Position numbers and translations under genes: made by a program. From Felis catus (taxonomy: Eukaryota): 64,000 bases of DNA. Where the stretch lies: positions 8,744,001-8,808,000 of the forward strand of contig NC_058369.1 of NCBI RefSeq assembly GCF_018350175.1, given 5' to 3'. The notes under the pieces were generated by a model, which was given only the letters and a program-made list of their open reading frames with translations, was not told where the DNA came from and did not search any database. Shown here one piece after another: positions 12,781 through 37,750 of the stretch (positions are counted from its first letter, which is position 1; every line of letters starts with the position of its first letter).

Positions 12781-12982
12781 TGTTAGCAGGAGTCTCAGAA
12801 ACTGGAGTTAATTTATTGCCCTGAGTATCGGAAAAGCCTCTGTAGTTTGAAGTTTATGTATGTACAGAGTTAGCAGGGACCCTGACTGCCCGCAGGGGCT
12901 GTTCTATTCTGTTAGCATACAGACGGTATTAAAACAGTTAATAAAATGTTTTCAGAAACAACATTTCGACAGATGCACTGCT

Positions 12983-12988
12983 TTTAAT
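12983..12988 (-). terminator. Candidate poly(A) signal (ATTAAA) of unit A
   Basis: cttttaatcaca is conserved in the paralogous tail at 58761-58772 and followed by a T/GT-rich tract on the minus strand; not verified by transcripts. Confidence 0.5.
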
Positions 12989-14398
12989 CACATACGCTCG
13001 AACATACTCGAAACCGTACCGAGGAATTACGCACAGCTGCGAGCAAAGGGAACCCTCCCCCATAACCTGCCTGACGGGAGGAAGGCGCCAGTCCTCCAGG
13101 GAAGGGCAGGGTCAGGGCAGGTGCAGGAGCAGCGTCACCTGTGGTTCTATGGACTGCGTCACCGTAGTGGAGTCAGGAATACACGGTCACTCGTGGTATT
13201 AGCAGAACAAGGTGTTCACTGTGCAAATAAGAGCTTGTATGACTATAATCTGGAGAGGAGAGGAGAGTCTGAGCATCAGAGAATACTCCCAACCACGAAA
13301 GTTCAAATTAGTTGCCTGGTGGGCACATCCCCACAGTCCCCTAGACTGTGCCGGACCTTTTATGTGGAGCGTGGGGAGGTATCTGTGGAAACCTATACCT
13401 CTGGGAAGATGAAGTCAAGCAGTGAACTGGCTCTGAGGGCACTCTTGATTGGCAGGGCAGGGAATCGGGAACACAGGCTGCAAGCGGGTATCCTCAAAGC
13501 TCCTGCGCATCCGTCCGTCTCTCTGTATGGTGGCTCCGAAACCTGACGCCTCCTGTACCACCTTCCAGATCTCCTACAAGTGAGGCGACAGGTGAATTCT
13601 GACATGGAATCACAGAGGACACAGACTGTAGAAAATGTCTCATTCCCCAAGTGACAAAACAGAACGTGAGAGAGCCATCTCCCAATTCTGCATTTTATTA
13701 TCCAGTGATAGGTCTGTCTTAATGCAAAGTGGATTATTCAGATTCCAGCCAGAAGGAATGACAAAGGGAACAGACATCAGGCTACAAGATAAACTCTGCA
13801 TATTTGCAAACTTACGCCGTCTTTTTACTAACAGGGAAAACGGGATAAGGCTCTTTTGGCCAAAACAGGAATTGGTTTTCTCGGAAGAATGATGGAATAC
13901 GTGATGGGTAAGGGATATCTGGCGGCTGACACAGGCGGCCAGCAGGAAAATCCCAACAAATGCCTCAATGTCATAAATCCATGATTCAATTGAAACATCG
14001 TATAACAATTAAACCTGTTTAGAACCCACTTCACTTCACCCTTGGATCAAACAAGCTCAAGAATGGAAAGAGGTAAGTGTTACCGATTTATGGAGAAAAC
14101 AATCATCTATTGCTTAAAGAGTATTTGCAGAATTCCCTCACCTCAGTGTTCATCGCTGGAAGCAAGCAGTAAATACCCAGAGTCCAGAGATCCGCCGTAA
14201 GAATGAGGCGCTGATCAAGACAATATATTTATAGCTTTTATAATGATTCTTTCACGTTACAGTTTTCTGGAACACTACAGATGGACTGATTTGTGTCAGG
14301 CCTTCTTAGATTTATCGTGTTTCTTTCCAGCGGGGGTTTTCACACGTAAGGATGAAGAGCAAACGTTTCTCCCCGCACGGCTTACCTTCAGGAGGTTT

Positions 14399-25188
<10,790 letters not shown>

Positions 25189-26203
25189 CGCTCGGTTTCC
25201 GGGGTGCCGGGTCGCCCACCATCCGGCTGCCGCGGCCAGCGCAGGTCGCGGCGACCCAGGACGCGGCGGAACCTCCCGAAGCCCCTAAGGACGGCGCCAG
25301 CGGGTGCGAGGCTCGGACGCACAGCAGCCACCGCACACAGCCCTCGCCGTCCACGGCGTCCACGGCGCGTCGCCCGCACGTACGGCTCCGGCGGCTCCCC
25401 TGATTGGACGGCTCGCACGGCCCCGCCCCCTCCCGCCTGAGCGACAGCGGGCCGGAGGTCACGTCTTTGAGCCGACCTTGCTTGGGCAGGGGGCTGCCGC
25501 CTGTTGTCTCCAAGGCCATCGCTGGGAAGCGCGAGGCCGCCAGGCCGCTCACGGAACCGTGACCCTTCCTCACAAGCGCACGCGCAAGTGACCTCACCAT
25601 TCGTAAGCATGAGTCCGGTTCCATGTTGGTCTTTCTAGCAAATCCTACCACAAAACGTTTTGTACGTTCTTTTCTCAGTCTGTTGGATGGTCAAAGACTT
25701 TAAGAAGTTATTAAGGTCGAAAAAGAACAATTTGTAAGTTTGTTTCGTCTGTAATGGGGCCGTGTGAGTTTTCATTCTCGGGTGTGGCAGAAAAAAATTG
25801 GTAACAACTGGCTGTTTAGAAAGAATTGGTTGGGGTGCCTGGGTGGCCCAGTCGGTTAAACAGCAGCTGACTTGGGGCTCAGGTCATGACCTCCATGCTG
25901 GTGAGTTCCAGCCCCGCGTCTAAGCTGTCTAAGCTGACAGTTTAGAACCTAGAGCCTGCTGCAGATTCTGCGTCTCCCTCTCTCTCTCTGTCCCTCCCTG
26001 CTTGTTTTCTGTCTCTCTCTCTCTCTCAAAAACAAACATTTAAAAAATTAAAAAATAGAAAGAATTGGTTACATAAACTCATCATCATACTTTTTAAAAA
26101 CCAGAGTGGCATGTATTGATGTGTAAAGATCTGGAGTATTCGTTAATAGACTAATTAATCAAAGTATATTGCAATATATATACCGTGTTACCCCTTCTAT
26201 AAC

Positions 26204-26550
26204 TGTGAGGTTCACCTGCAGAGTCAGGTGGGCCCCCACCCTAGGTCTGGCTGACAACATTCCTTCCAGGAACATATGGAAAGGTTAATTCTTTGGATAA
26301 TGGAAGGGTCCAGGTAGGGCAGGCCACCCAGGCAAGTGGGAAATGCCCTGAAAAAGTAAGGGAAGGACCCCGGCCTAGGTTTTTTATTAAGGTGCAGTGG
26401 GTGTCTGGAGTAAGAGTTTGTGCACAAGGGCAGGGACTTCCTGGGACTGGCCCTCATGCCAGCAACAAAGCAGTGAGCTGCCAGGTTTTCTTGTCACCTT
26501 GTTCAGATGGGGGGGCACAAGGGGACAGAGGAGGAGGGCGGCTTTTAACA
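26204..26550 (-). mobile_element. Probable solo LTR upstream of promoter A
   Basis: TGTTAAAAG...CACA termini on the minus strand with an internal AATAAAAA; no clear TSD. Confidence 0.45.
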
Positions 26551-26585
26551 GCTGTCAGCCAACAAACATTAAAAAATGGGAGTCA

Positions 26586-26810
26586 GGGGCGCCTGGGTGG
26601 CTCAGTCGGTTGAGCGTCCGACTTCGGCTCAGGTCATGATCTCGCGGTCCGTGAGTTCGAGCCCCGCGTCGGGCTCTGGGCTGCCAGCTCGGAGCCTGGA
26701 GCCTGCTTCCGATTCTGTGTCTCCCTCTCTCTCTGACCCTCCCCCGTTCATACTCTGTCTCTCTCTGTCTCGAAAGTAAATAAACGTTAAAAAAAAAAAA
26801 AAAAAAAAAG
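26586..26810 (+). mobile_element. CanSINE
   Basis: Consensus match. Confidence 0.92.
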
Positions 26811-26811
26811 A

Positions 26812-29800
26812 AAGAAAATCAGCAGGGCTTAACTCCGGGAGCTGCTGGAGGGCTACAGGAAACCGAGACTCTGCCCTTAAAGGACCAATGCCCAGGCTCA
26901 CTCAGAGACCCAGCACAGCGACGGCAGTTTGAAAGGCACTGAGGTACTGGTGGGGGCAAATTTCCTTGTGCTCCTTCAGCCCAGTTGCCAGGTCTGACAC
27001 TCTCCATCTACCTTTTGCTAGCACTGCTCACCTCACCCTGGTGTTCCCCTGCAGACCCGCCCTGCTGAACCTGCCCACCCCGGCAGGTGCCGCTCCAGAG
27101 CAGTTCCCACCCTGACACACCTGGCCGGTGGCCTGGGCCAGGACCAGAGCTCCCCCAAAGCAGCTGCTACTGCCCTGTCACATCCAGCAGGTGGCCTTGG
27201 CCAGGACCCGCACAAGCCTGGTGGCTCCTGCCCCCGTCCCCACCACCACACACGGCAGGCAGCCCTGTCCGGGACTGGTGCCCCTCCAGACACCTCCTAT
27301 ACCAGTGGGGGAGGGAGGCTCCACCCACCAGTGTGCCCACAATTATAGCAGGGCCTTCCCACAAGCGTGCCTGCAGCAGTCGTGGTCCATACACCACAGG
27401 AGGACATAGGCAGCCCATCCAAGTAACACCACTGGAATGCCTGGTTCCGGTGACCGGAGGAATTGCACTTCTGGGCCCCAAAGGATGTCTTGTACATAAC
27501 ACCAGGAGACGTAGCTGATCTAACACCTAGACACAAACACAGAGTCAGGCAAAATAAGGAGACAGAAGAACGTGTTCTAAATGATAGGACAAGAGAAAAC
27601 CTCAGAAAAAGAAATAAATGAGATGGAGATAATCTCCCCGATGAAGTAGACCAAATGAAGGGTCATATGCTCATCAAACGCAGGAGAAGAACGTGAATAC
27701 AGTGAGATCTTCCACAAGGAGAAAGGAAATATTCAGAGCTGAAGAATACAAGTAGGAAATGAAAAATACACCAGAGGGAAAAGACAGCAGATCAGACAAT
27801 GCAGAAAAATGGATCAGCAATCTGGAGGACAAGGTGGTGAAAATCATCCCGACTGAACAGCAAAAACAAAAGATAATCATAGATTTGAGAGGACAGTTTA
27901 AGGGACCCTTAGGACAACATCAAGCATGCTATAGGGGTCCCAGGAAAAGAGAGAGGGAAAGGGACAGAAAACATATTTGAAGAAATAATGGCCGAAAACT
28001 TCCCTATCCTGTTGAAGGAAACACACATTCAGGTCTAGGAAGCAAAGAAAGTCCTAAACAAGATAAACCCAAAGAAGTCCACACCAAGACACATATTAAT
28101 TAAAAGGTTAAGGGGCGCCTGGGTGGCTCGGTCGGTTAAGCGTCCGACTTCGGCTCAGGTCACGATCTCGCGGTCCGTGAGTTCGACCCCCGCGTCGGGC
28201 TCTGTGCTGACAGCTCAGAGCCTGGAGCCTGTTTCGGGTTCTGTGTCTCCCTCTCTCTCTGCCCCTTCCCTGTTCATGCTCTGTCTCTCTCTGTCTCAAA
28301 AATAAATAACCATTAAAAAAATTAAAAAATAAATTAAAAAAAAAAATAGAATGTGTTTGAATGTAAGTGACCACCAACTTAAAATAGACTTCTATATCCA
28401 CGATGTTATGTATGAATCTCATGGTAACCACAAACTAAAAACCTGTGATAGATACACAAAAATAAATAAGGAAGGAAGGAAGGAAGTAGAAGGGAATCCA
28501 AACAAAACAGTAAAAAAGTAATCAAATCACAAGGGAAGAAAGAGAATAAAGGAACAGAGGGGCGCCTGGGTGGCTCAGTCGGTTAGGCAGCCGACTTCGG
28601 CTCAGGTCATGATCTTGCGGTCCGTGAGTTCGAGCCCCGCGTCGGGCTCTGTGCTGACAGCTCAGAGCCTGGAGCCTGCTTCATATTCTGTGTCTCCCTC
28701 TCTCTGACCCTCCCCTGTTCATGCTCTGTCTCTCCCTGTCTCAAAAATAAATAAACGTTAAAAAGAAATTAAAAAAAAAAATAAAGGAACAGAGAACTAT
28801 AAAGACAACCAGAAAACAATAAATGAAATGGTAGTAGGCACACACCCATTAATTATTACTCTAAATGTCAGTGGACTAAATGTGACAATCAAAATACATA
28901 GATTGACTGAATGTATTTAAAAAAATTTTTTTTAACGTTTATTTATTTTTGAGACAGAGAGAGACAGAGCATGAACGGGGGAGAGGCAGAGAGAGAGGGA
29001 CACACAGAATCAGAGGCAGGCTCCATGCTCCGAGCCATCAGCCCAGAGCCCGACGCGGGGCTCGAACTCACAGACAGCGAGATTGTGACCCGAGCCGAAG
29101 TTGGATGCTCAACTGACTGAGCCACCCAGGCGCCCCTGAATGTATTTTTTAAAGAAGACCCATCTATATGCTGCCTACAAGAGATATACTTCAGACCTTA
29201 AGACACATACAGACTGAAAGTGAAGGGATGGCAAAAGATATTCCATGCAAGTGTAAACAAAACAAAAGCTGGAATAGCAGTACATGTGTCAGAAAAAAAT
29301 AAACTTTAAAACAGACTGTAATAAGAAACAAAGAAGGGCACTACGTCATGATAAAGGGATCGATCAATGAGAGGATATAACAATTGTAAATGTCTATGTA
29401 TCCAACACAGGAGCACTTAAAGACATAAAGCAAATATCGACAGATATAAAGGGAGAAATGTGCAGCAATACAGTAATAGTAGAAGATTTTAACACCTCAC
29501 TTACATCAATGGATAGATCATCCAAAGAGAAAATCAATAAGGAAACAGTGGCCTTATACGACGCACTAAACCGGATGGACTCAACAGCCATATAGAGAAC
29601 ATTCCATCCCCAAAGAGCAGAATACACATTCTTTCCAAGTGCACATGGAACATTCTCCACGATAGATCATGTTAGGTCACAAAACAACTTTCAGTAAATT
29701 TAAAAAGATTGAAATAATATCAAGCACCTTCCAGCCACAACAATGTGGAACTAGAAATCAATTATAAGAAGAAAAAAAAGGAAAAAACAAACATGTAGAG

Positions 29801-32800
29801 GCTAAACAACATGCTACTAAACAACCAATGGTCCAACAAAGAAATAAAGGGGAAATAAAAAAAATACCTTGAGACAAATGAAAACGGAAACACAACATTC
29901 CAAAACCTATGGAATCCAGCAAAAGCAGTTCTAGGAGGGAATTTTCCAGTTGAATAGGCCTACCTCAAGAAACAAGAAAAATCTCAAATAAACAATCTAA
30001 TTGTACACCTTAACGAACTAGAAAAGGAATAAAAAAAGCCCAAATTTATTAGAAGGAAGGAAATAATAAAGAGGAGAGCAGAAATAAATACAATGGGGAC
30101 TTTAAAAAAAAAACACAATAGAAAAGATCAATGAAACTAAGAGATGGTTCTTTGAAAAGATAGACAAAATTAGTAAATCTTTAACAAGACTCAACAAGAA
30201 ACAAAAAAGAGAAAACTCAAATAAAATCATAAGTGAAAAGGATTATAAGAGACTACTATCAAATAATTATATGCCAAATAAATTGGACAACCTAGAAGAA
30301 ATGGATAAATTCTTAGAAACACACAGTCTTCCATGACTAAATCAGGAAAAAATTGAAAATCTGAACAGACTAGTTACTAGTAATGAAATTGAATCTGTAA
30401 TTTAAAAACTCCCAACAAACAAATGTCCAGGACCAGACAATATCACAGGTGAATTTTATCAAACATTTAAAAATCTAATACCTATCCTTCTCAAACTATT
30501 CCAAAAATTGAAGAGGAAGGACTGCTCTCCAATTCATTCTTTAGGCCAGCATTATTCAGACACCACAACCAAAGACTACAAAAGAACAAAGAAAAGAAAA
30601 GAGAAGAAAAGAAAGAAAATTACAGGCCAATATTCCTGGTAAATATAGATGCAAAAACTTCAACAACATATTAGCAAACAGAATTTTTAACAATACATTA
30701 AGGATCATACACCATAATCAAGTAGGACTTATTCCAGAGATGCAAGGATGGTTCGATACTCACAAATCAATCAACAGGATACACCACATTAACAAAATGA
30801 AGGGTAAAAATCATATGATCATCTCAAGAGATGCAGAAGAATTCAACAAAATTCAACATCCATTTATGATTAAAAAAATGTAAACAAAGTGGGTATACAG
30901 GAGACATAGCTCAACATAACAAAAGTCATAAAACAGGGGCGCCTGGGTGGCGCAGTCGGTTGAGCGTCCGACTTCAGCCAGGTCACGATCTCGCGGTCTG
31001 TGAGTTCGAGCCCCGCATCGGGCTCTGGGCTGATGGCTCAGAGCCTGGAGCCTGTTTCCGATTCTGTGTCTCCCTCTCTCTCTGCCCCTCCCCCGTTCAT
31101 GCTCTGTCTCTCTCTGTCCCAAAAATAAATAGAAGTTGAAAAAAAAAATTAAAAGTCATAAAACAAACCCATAGGGGCATCTGGGTAGCTCAGTTGGCTA
31201 ACTGGCTGACTCTTGAGCTCAGCTCAGGTCTTGATCTCAGGGTCGTGAGTCTGAGCCCTGTGTTGGGTGTGGAGCCTACTTAAAAACATCAACAACAAAA
31301 ACAACCCAAAGCTAATATTATACTCAATAGAAAAAACGCTGAAAGCTTTTCCTTTAAGATCAGGAACAAGACAAGGATGTCCACTCCTGCCACTTCTGAA
31401 AAAATTTTTATTTTAGAGACAGAGTTAGAGATTATGAACAGGAAGAAGGAGCAGAGGGAGAGAGAATCTGAAGGAGGCTCCACACTCAGGGTGGAGCCCA
31501 ATGGGGGCTCCCCAGGATCATGACCTGAGCTGAAATCAAGCATCAGATGCTCAACTGACTGAGCCACCTGGGTGCCTCCACTCTTGCCACTTTTATTCAA
31601 CATAGTACTTGAAGCCCCTAGCCACAGCAATTAAGAAAAAAAAAAAAGATAACAAATAAATGGCATCCAAATTGATAAGGAAGAAATAAAACTATCACTG
31701 TTTGTAGATGACATGATACGAAATACAGGACGTCCTAAAGATTCCACCAAAAAACTATTAGAATAAATGAATTCAGGGGCGCCTGGGTGGCGCAGTCGGT
31801 TAAGCGTCCGACTTCAGCCAGGTCACGATCTCACGGTCCGTGAGTTCGAGCCCCGCGTCAGGCTCTGGGCTGATGGCTCAGAGCCTGGAGCCTGTTTCCG
31901 ATTCTGTGTCTCCCTCTCTCTCTCTGCCCCTCCCCCGTTCATGCTCTGTCTCTCTCTGTCCCAAAAATAAACAAACGTTGAAAAAAAAAATATAGAATAA
32001 ATGAATTCAGTGACGCTGCAAGATATAAAATTAATATACAATCTGTTACAGTTCTACACAACAATTGTCAAAAAAAATAAATTGTCAAAAAAAAGAAATT
32101 AAGAAAACAGTGCCATTTGCTATTGCATTGGACAGAATAAAAAGACCTGGGAATAAATTTAATCAAGAAGGTGAAAGGCCTGTATTCTGTATTCTGTATT
32201 CTGAAAACTATAAGAAACTGATGAAAGAAGTTTAAGATGATGCAAATAAATGGAATGATATACCATGTTCATGGATTGGAACAATTAATAATATTAAAAT
32301 GTCTATACTAACGAAAGCAATCTACAGATTAAATGCAATTTCTATCATAATAGCAATAGCATTTTTAGCATTTTTCACAGAACTAGAACAAATCATCCTA
32401 AAATTTGTATGGAACTGAAAAGACTCTCAATAGCCAAGGCAATCTTGAGAAAGAACAAATCTGGAGGTAGCATGCTCCCAGATTTCAAATAATACTATAG
32501 AGCTATACTAAACAAGATAGTACGGTACCAGCATGAAAACAGACACAGAACTCAATGGAACAGAATACAGCCCAGAAATAAACTCATACTTATGTGGTCA
32601 ATTAATCTACGACAAAGGAAGCAAAAATATACAACGAGGAAAAGACAATAAATTTTGGGAGAACTGGACAGCAACATGCAAAAGAATGAAACCAGACTAC
32701 TTTCTTATACCACATACAAAAATAAACCCCAAATGGATTAAAGACCTAAATGTGAGGCCTGAAACTATAAAACTCCTAAAAGAAAACATGGGCAGTAAAC

Positions 32801-33803
32801 CTTGGACATTGGTCTCAGCAATATCTTTTTGGATGTCTTCTCAGATGAAAGCAAAAATCTACAAGTAGGACTATCTGAAACTGAAAACAAGAGATTTTTA
32901 CAGCAAAGCAAACCGTCAACAAAACAAAAAGGCAAATTATTGAGTTAGAGAAGATATTTGCAAATAACATATCCAAGAAGGAGTTAATATCCAAAATACA
33001 TAAAGAACCCATACAACTCAACACTAAAAAAGCCTGATTTAAAAACGGGCAGAGGACCTGAAGAGATATTTGTCCAAAGAAGACATACAGATGGCCAACA
33101 GATGCCGGAAGAGATACTCAACATCACTAATCATCAGGGAAATGCAAATCAAAACCACGATGAGATATCACATCACAACTGTCAGAAGGGCCATTATCAA
33201 AAAGACGAAAAGGAATATTCCTCAGCCCCCAAAGAGGATAAAATTTCTCCATGTGTGACAACATGAGTGGACCCAGAGCATATTATACTAAGTGAAGTAA
33301 GTCCGACAGAGAAAAACAAATACCACGTGATTTCACTTACACGTGGAACCTAAAAAACAAAACAAAGAAAATAAAACAGAATCATACTTACAAATACAAA
33401 GATCAAACCGGTGGTTGACAGAGAAGGGGGTAGGGGGACTCATGAAATCAGTAAAGGGGATTAAGAGATACAAACTTCCAGTTATAAAATAAATAATTCA
33501 CAGGGTTGTAAAGTAAAGCCTAGGGAATATAGTCATTAATACTGTAATAATTTTTTAAAGTTTATTTATTTGAGGGAGAGAGAGGGAGGGAGCGAGCACA
33601 AGCAGGGGAAGGGCAGAGAGGAGGAGAGACAGAATCCTAAGCAGGCTGTGCGCCATCAGCACAGAGCCCCATGCAGGGCTCCAACTCAACGACTGTGAGA
33701 TCATGGCCTGGGCCTAGATCAAGAGTCAGACACTTAACCGACTGAGTCAGCCAGGCGCCCCATACCGTAATAATTTTGTATGGTGACAGATGGCAACTAG
33801 ACT
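26812..33803 (+). mobile_element. Near-full-length degenerate carnivore LINE-1 (5' UTR, ORF1, ORF2, 3' UTR), interrupted by SINEs
   Basis: ORF1-like AEKWISNLEDKVVKI at ~27.8 kb; endonuclease start attactctaaatgtcagtggactaaat at ~28.85 kb; RT and C-terminal fragments ([18 protein letters not shown]); many stops. Confidence 0.92.
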
Positions 33804-34335
33804 CCCATTTTATACCTGTCACATCTTCTTTATCTATTCGTCTATCAATGGATACTTACATTGCTTCCATACCTTGGCTATTGCCCATAATGCTGCAGTG
33901 AACACAGGGGCACATATATCTTTCCAAATTAGTGTTTTCATTTCCTTTGGGTAAATACCCAGAAATGAAATTGCTAGATTGTATCGTAGTTCTATTTTCC
34001 ATTTTTTGAGAAACCTCTACACTATCTTCCAATGGCAGCACCAATTTACATTCCTACCAACAGTGCATGAGGATTCTCTCTCTTTTTTTTTTAATTTTTT
34101 TAAATGTTTGTTTATGTATTGGGGGGGGGGGGGGGGGGGGACAGACAGAGAGGAGCGAGAGAATACCAAGTAGGATCTGTACTCTCAGCGCAGAGCCCAA
34201 CGCAGGGCTCAGTCCACAAACTGTGAGATCATGACCTGAGCCCAAACCAAGAGTGGGATGCTTAACTGACTGAGCCACCCAGGCTCCCCAAGCGTTCTCT
34301 TTTCTCCACATCTTACCAACACTTGTTACTTCTCG
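33804..34335 (-). mobile_element. Inverted L1 ORF2 C-terminal segment (with SINE 34083-34290)
   Basis: Reverse complement reads aacaagtgttggtaagatgtggagaaaa...gaatagataaagaagatgtg. Confidence 0.85.
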
Positions 34336-36230
34336 AAAAGATGTCTGTATCCCCATGCTCACTGCAGTATTATACACCATAGCCAAGATATGGAAACGAC
34401 CCGAGTGTTGACAGATGACCGGATAAAGAAAGTGGGGCGTCTACAGACAAAGGAATGGTATTCGGTCTCATAGAGCAAGGAAAATTCCGACATTTGTTAA
34501 AACCTGAATGAATCTGGAGGACGTTATGCCAGATGAAGTAAGTCAGACACAGAAAGAATACTTCATGAATTCGCTTAATGCAGAATCTATAAACGTTTCT
34601 TCAATACTAAATTTATGGAGAATTTTTAACATGAAAGGGTGTTGAGTTTTGTCAAAGGTTTTTTGTTTTTTTTTTTTTTCTCTGCACCTGTTAAGATGAT
34701 CGTGTGCTTTTCACCCTTTATTCAGTTAATGTGGTGTATCTCATTGATTCGTCCAGCTTTGTCATCAGGGTAATGCTGGCCTGGTAAAAGAACTCTAGGA
34801 GTGTTCCCTCTGCTTCAGTTGTTGTTTTTTTTTTTTTTTTTTTTTTTGCAAGAGTTTACGAAGGATTTGTATTCTTTCTTCTTTGAATGATTAGAATTCA
34901 CCAGTGAGGCCATCCAGTCGTGGGCTTTTCTTTGTTGGGAGGCTTTATTGGGAATTCAATCTCCTTACTCACTATTGGTCGGTTCAGATGTTTCTGTTTC
35001 TTCATGATTCAGTCTTGGGAGGTTGTGTGCTTTGAGGAAGTCATCCAATTATTTTAGGTTACCCGATTGGTTTGTGTGTGATTGTTCACAGTAATCTCTA
35101 ACAATCCCTTTGTATTTCTATGATGTCAGATATAGTTTCTCCTCTTTCATTTCGGATTTCAGTAATCTGAATCTCCTGTATTTTTTTCTTAGCCTAGCCA
35201 AAGTTTTGTCAATTTGGTTTATCTTAAAAACAACAGTAGGGGTGCCTGGGTGGGTCAGTTGGAAGAGTGTCTGACTTGTGATCTCAGGGTTGTGATTTTG
35301 AGCCCCCCGTCAGATGTAGAGAGGACTTTAAAAACAAAGACAGTTTAACTCGTTAGTTTCAAACTTCCACATTTTTTTTTCACGTTGTTCATCAGCATCC
35401 ATTTATTTAAGCTTCCAGAATTCCCTCTTGCATCTCCTCTAAGGCAGGCCTACTGGTGATAGGCATCATCCCAACCAGAGATGCCTGGGTGGCTCAGTCA
35501 GTTAAGCATCAGACGTCCAGACTTCAGCTCAGGTCATGATCTTACCGCTGGTGGGTTCCAGCCCCGTGTCGGGCTCTGTGCTGACAACCCAGAGCCTGGA
35601 GCCTGCTTCGGATTCTGTGTCTCCCTCTCTCTCTGTCCCTCGCCTGCTCATTCTCTGTCTCTCAAAAATAAATAAAAACATTTTTTTAAGGTTTAAAAAA
35701 AATAAAAATAAAATAAGAAAAAAAACTCCCTCAACAGTTGTTTGTCTGGGGAAGTTTTTATATTTCCTTCGTTTCTGAAGGACGCTTTACTAGGAAAAGC
35801 ATTCTTGGTTGACAGTTTCTTCTCTCAGCACTCTGAATATAGGGATCCAATTCTGTTCTGGCTTGTAAGGTTTCTGCTGAGTAATCCACCGATAGTCTAA
35901 TTGGGATTCCTTTGTGTGTGATGAGTCACTTTCCTCTTGTTACTTTCAGAATCCTTTGTCTTTGATTTTTGGTGACTTGATCATAATGTGTTTGTGAAGT
36001 GTTCTTTGGGTTGAACCCATTTGGTGACACTTGATTTCATTTACCTGGGTGTCCCTGCCTCTCCCAAGATTTGGGACGTCTCCAGCCATTATTTCTTTCC
36101 TCTCTCTCTCTCTCTCTTTTAGCTACAGGATAGATGTGTTAATTTGCTTGATTGTGATCATCATTTCACAATGTATGTATCATCACGTTGTACACCTTAA
36201 ATATATGCACATTTTATTTGCCAATTGTGT
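34336..36230. mobile_element. Mixed old L1 fragments (plus 34336-34590, minus 34590-36095, plus 3' end 36120-36230)
   Basis: Typical L1 ORF2, ORF1 and 3' UTR text. Confidence 0.7.
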
Positions 36231-36724
36231 CATAATGAAGCTAGAAGAAAAAGGGAAGCCGCCAAAGGAATATAAGTATATTACTGTTTTTAAGACAACT
36301 GAAAGAAGTGGAAGCAATTTTTGTAAGGCAATATTCTGTTTCCATGACGACGGTCGTCAAGAGAACAGAACCTCAGAAGGGAACTTCTCTGATCATTATC
36401 AAAAAATTTGGGGGGCGCCTGGGTGGCTCAGTTGGTTAAGCATCCAACTTTTATTCTTTTTAATGTTTATTTATTTTTGAGAGAGAGACAGACAGAGTGC
36501 AAGCAGGGGAGGGGCAGAGAGAGAGGGGGGAGACACAGAATCCAAAGCAGGCTGCTGGCTGAGCTGTCAGCGCAGAGCCCGACGCGGGGCTCGAACCCAC
36601 AAACCGCAAGGTCGTGACCTGAGCCGAAGTCAGACACTTAACTGGCTAAGCCCCCCAAGTGCCCCTCCAATGCTCTTTTCAAAGAATTTCTGATTTTCAA
36701 CTTAAGAGAGAGGAACAGCTTTTA

Positions 36725-36895
<171 letters not shown>

Positions 36896-36911
36896 TCAAG
36901 CATGTTCTTCA

Positions 36912-37049
<138 letters not shown>

Positions 37050-37515
37050 TCACTGCGACCTGGTGTTGAAACCAAGGGAGGAGGCATCAGGACCCACGTG
37101 GTCAGGCCCTGGCTCCCGCTTGCCTGCCCCCACCCCCCCCCACCCCCCACCCCCAGAACCCGGAACCACCTAAGTGCCCGACTCTTGATTTCGGCTCAGG
37201 TCACGGTCTCCCGGTTTGTTGAGTGCAAGCCCCACGCCGGGCTCCATGCTGACAGTGCGGAGTCGGCTTGGGATCCTCTCTCTCTGCCCCTCCCATTCTC
37301 TCTCTCTGTCTCAAAATTAAGTAAAATAAAAAAATAAAAATTTCAAAAGCTACCGCAAATAAATCTTCAAAGAAATAAAATAAAATTTGCAAGTGCCGAA
37401 GACTTCATTTAAATTTAATTCATTCCTTGCTCGGTCAGAGTTGCTCTGCTTGGTGAAGGATATTTCAGGACACCGTGGTATGACCACAGGGAAGTCAGGC
37501 GAGACAGTAGTTTTC

Positions 37516-37750
37516 TTTTTTTTATTTATTTTTTATTTTTTTTCAACGTTTTTATTTATTTTTGGGACAGAGAGAGACAGAGCATGAACGGGGGAGGGGC
37601 AGAGAGAGAGAGGGAGACACAGAATCGGAAACAGGCTCCAGGCTCCGAGCCATCAGCCCAGAGCCCGATGTGGGGCTCGAACTCACGGACCGTGAGATCG
37701 TGACCTGGCTGAAGTCGGACGCTTAACCGACTGTGCCACCCAGGCGCCCC
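37516..37750 (-). mobile_element. Young felid-type CanSINE
   Basis: TSD gagacagtagttttct. Confidence 0.93.

Noticed and set aside
12860..13546. 228-aa plus-strand ORF
   Set aside because: It lies antisense in the 3' UTR, has no recognisable domain, and the paralogous block at 58.7-59.5 kb does not keep a long frame.
26812..33803. Active full-length LINE-1
   Set aside because: ORF1 and ORF2 are broken by stops, frameshifts, deletions and multiple SINEs.
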